A stretch of 63,874 nucleotides of DNA, the filler included, from Kipferlia bialata (lineage: Eukaryota), in assembly GCA_003568945.1 (NCBI GenBank). It is 4 parts of 4 records of this genome, joined end to end, with 100 filler letters (N's around TTAATTAATTAA, not from the genome) between each part and the next. Parts side by side here need not be neighbours in the genome. Positions count along the whole stretch, not along the records: positions 57,252 to 63,874 come from BDIP01000156.1; 3 more parts are not named here. The stretch is one strand, 5' to 3'. This document shows, piece by piece, positions 63,811 through 63,874 of the stretch (its first letter is position 1; the number at the start of each line of letters is the position of its first letter). The position numbers were made by a program, and so were the translations under genes. The notes under the pieces were generated by a model. The model searched no databases and was not told where the DNA came from. It saw only the letters and a program-made list of their open reading frames with translations.

Positions 63811-63874
63811 ATGTTAGAGAGAGGGGGGGGGGGGGGGGAGAGGGGGAGAGGTCATTATATAGGCACTGGGTTAT

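Overview
Intron-rich eukaryotic (protist) genomic DNA. The window joins at least four scaffolds with artificial N-TTAATTAATTAA-N linkers and also has internal N gaps. Its style (GT..YAG introns with a branch point fused to a C-run acceptor, (TA)n/(GA)n microsatellites, an intron-containing rubrerythrin) suggests an anaerobic metamonad such as Kipferlia; this is inference only. Genes: ERCC6L/PICH-like SNF2 helicase (3' part), TORTIFOLIA1/SPIRAL2-like protein, kinesin (kinesin-3-like), ABCC transporter (3' half), Cys-to-Ser pseudo-DUSP, proteasome alpha-6 (PSMA1), METTL21-type methyltransferase, threonine dehydratase, eIF2B-alpha, XAP5/FAM50, a PH-ankyrin-PHF5-like fusion, an EGF-plus-multi-TM protein, a DOCK-C/D GEF, rubrerythrin and several unknowns. 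The main observation is dozens of 'echo' copies of exon termini (about 20-60 nt of coding sequence plus the adjoining splice site or stop codon), lying as direct repeats in the neighbouring intron or 3' UTR. They differ from the real exon mostly by synonymous or conservative changes; in one case 8 of 8 differences are silent over 13 codons. Exon boundaries were read by eye and are approximate.
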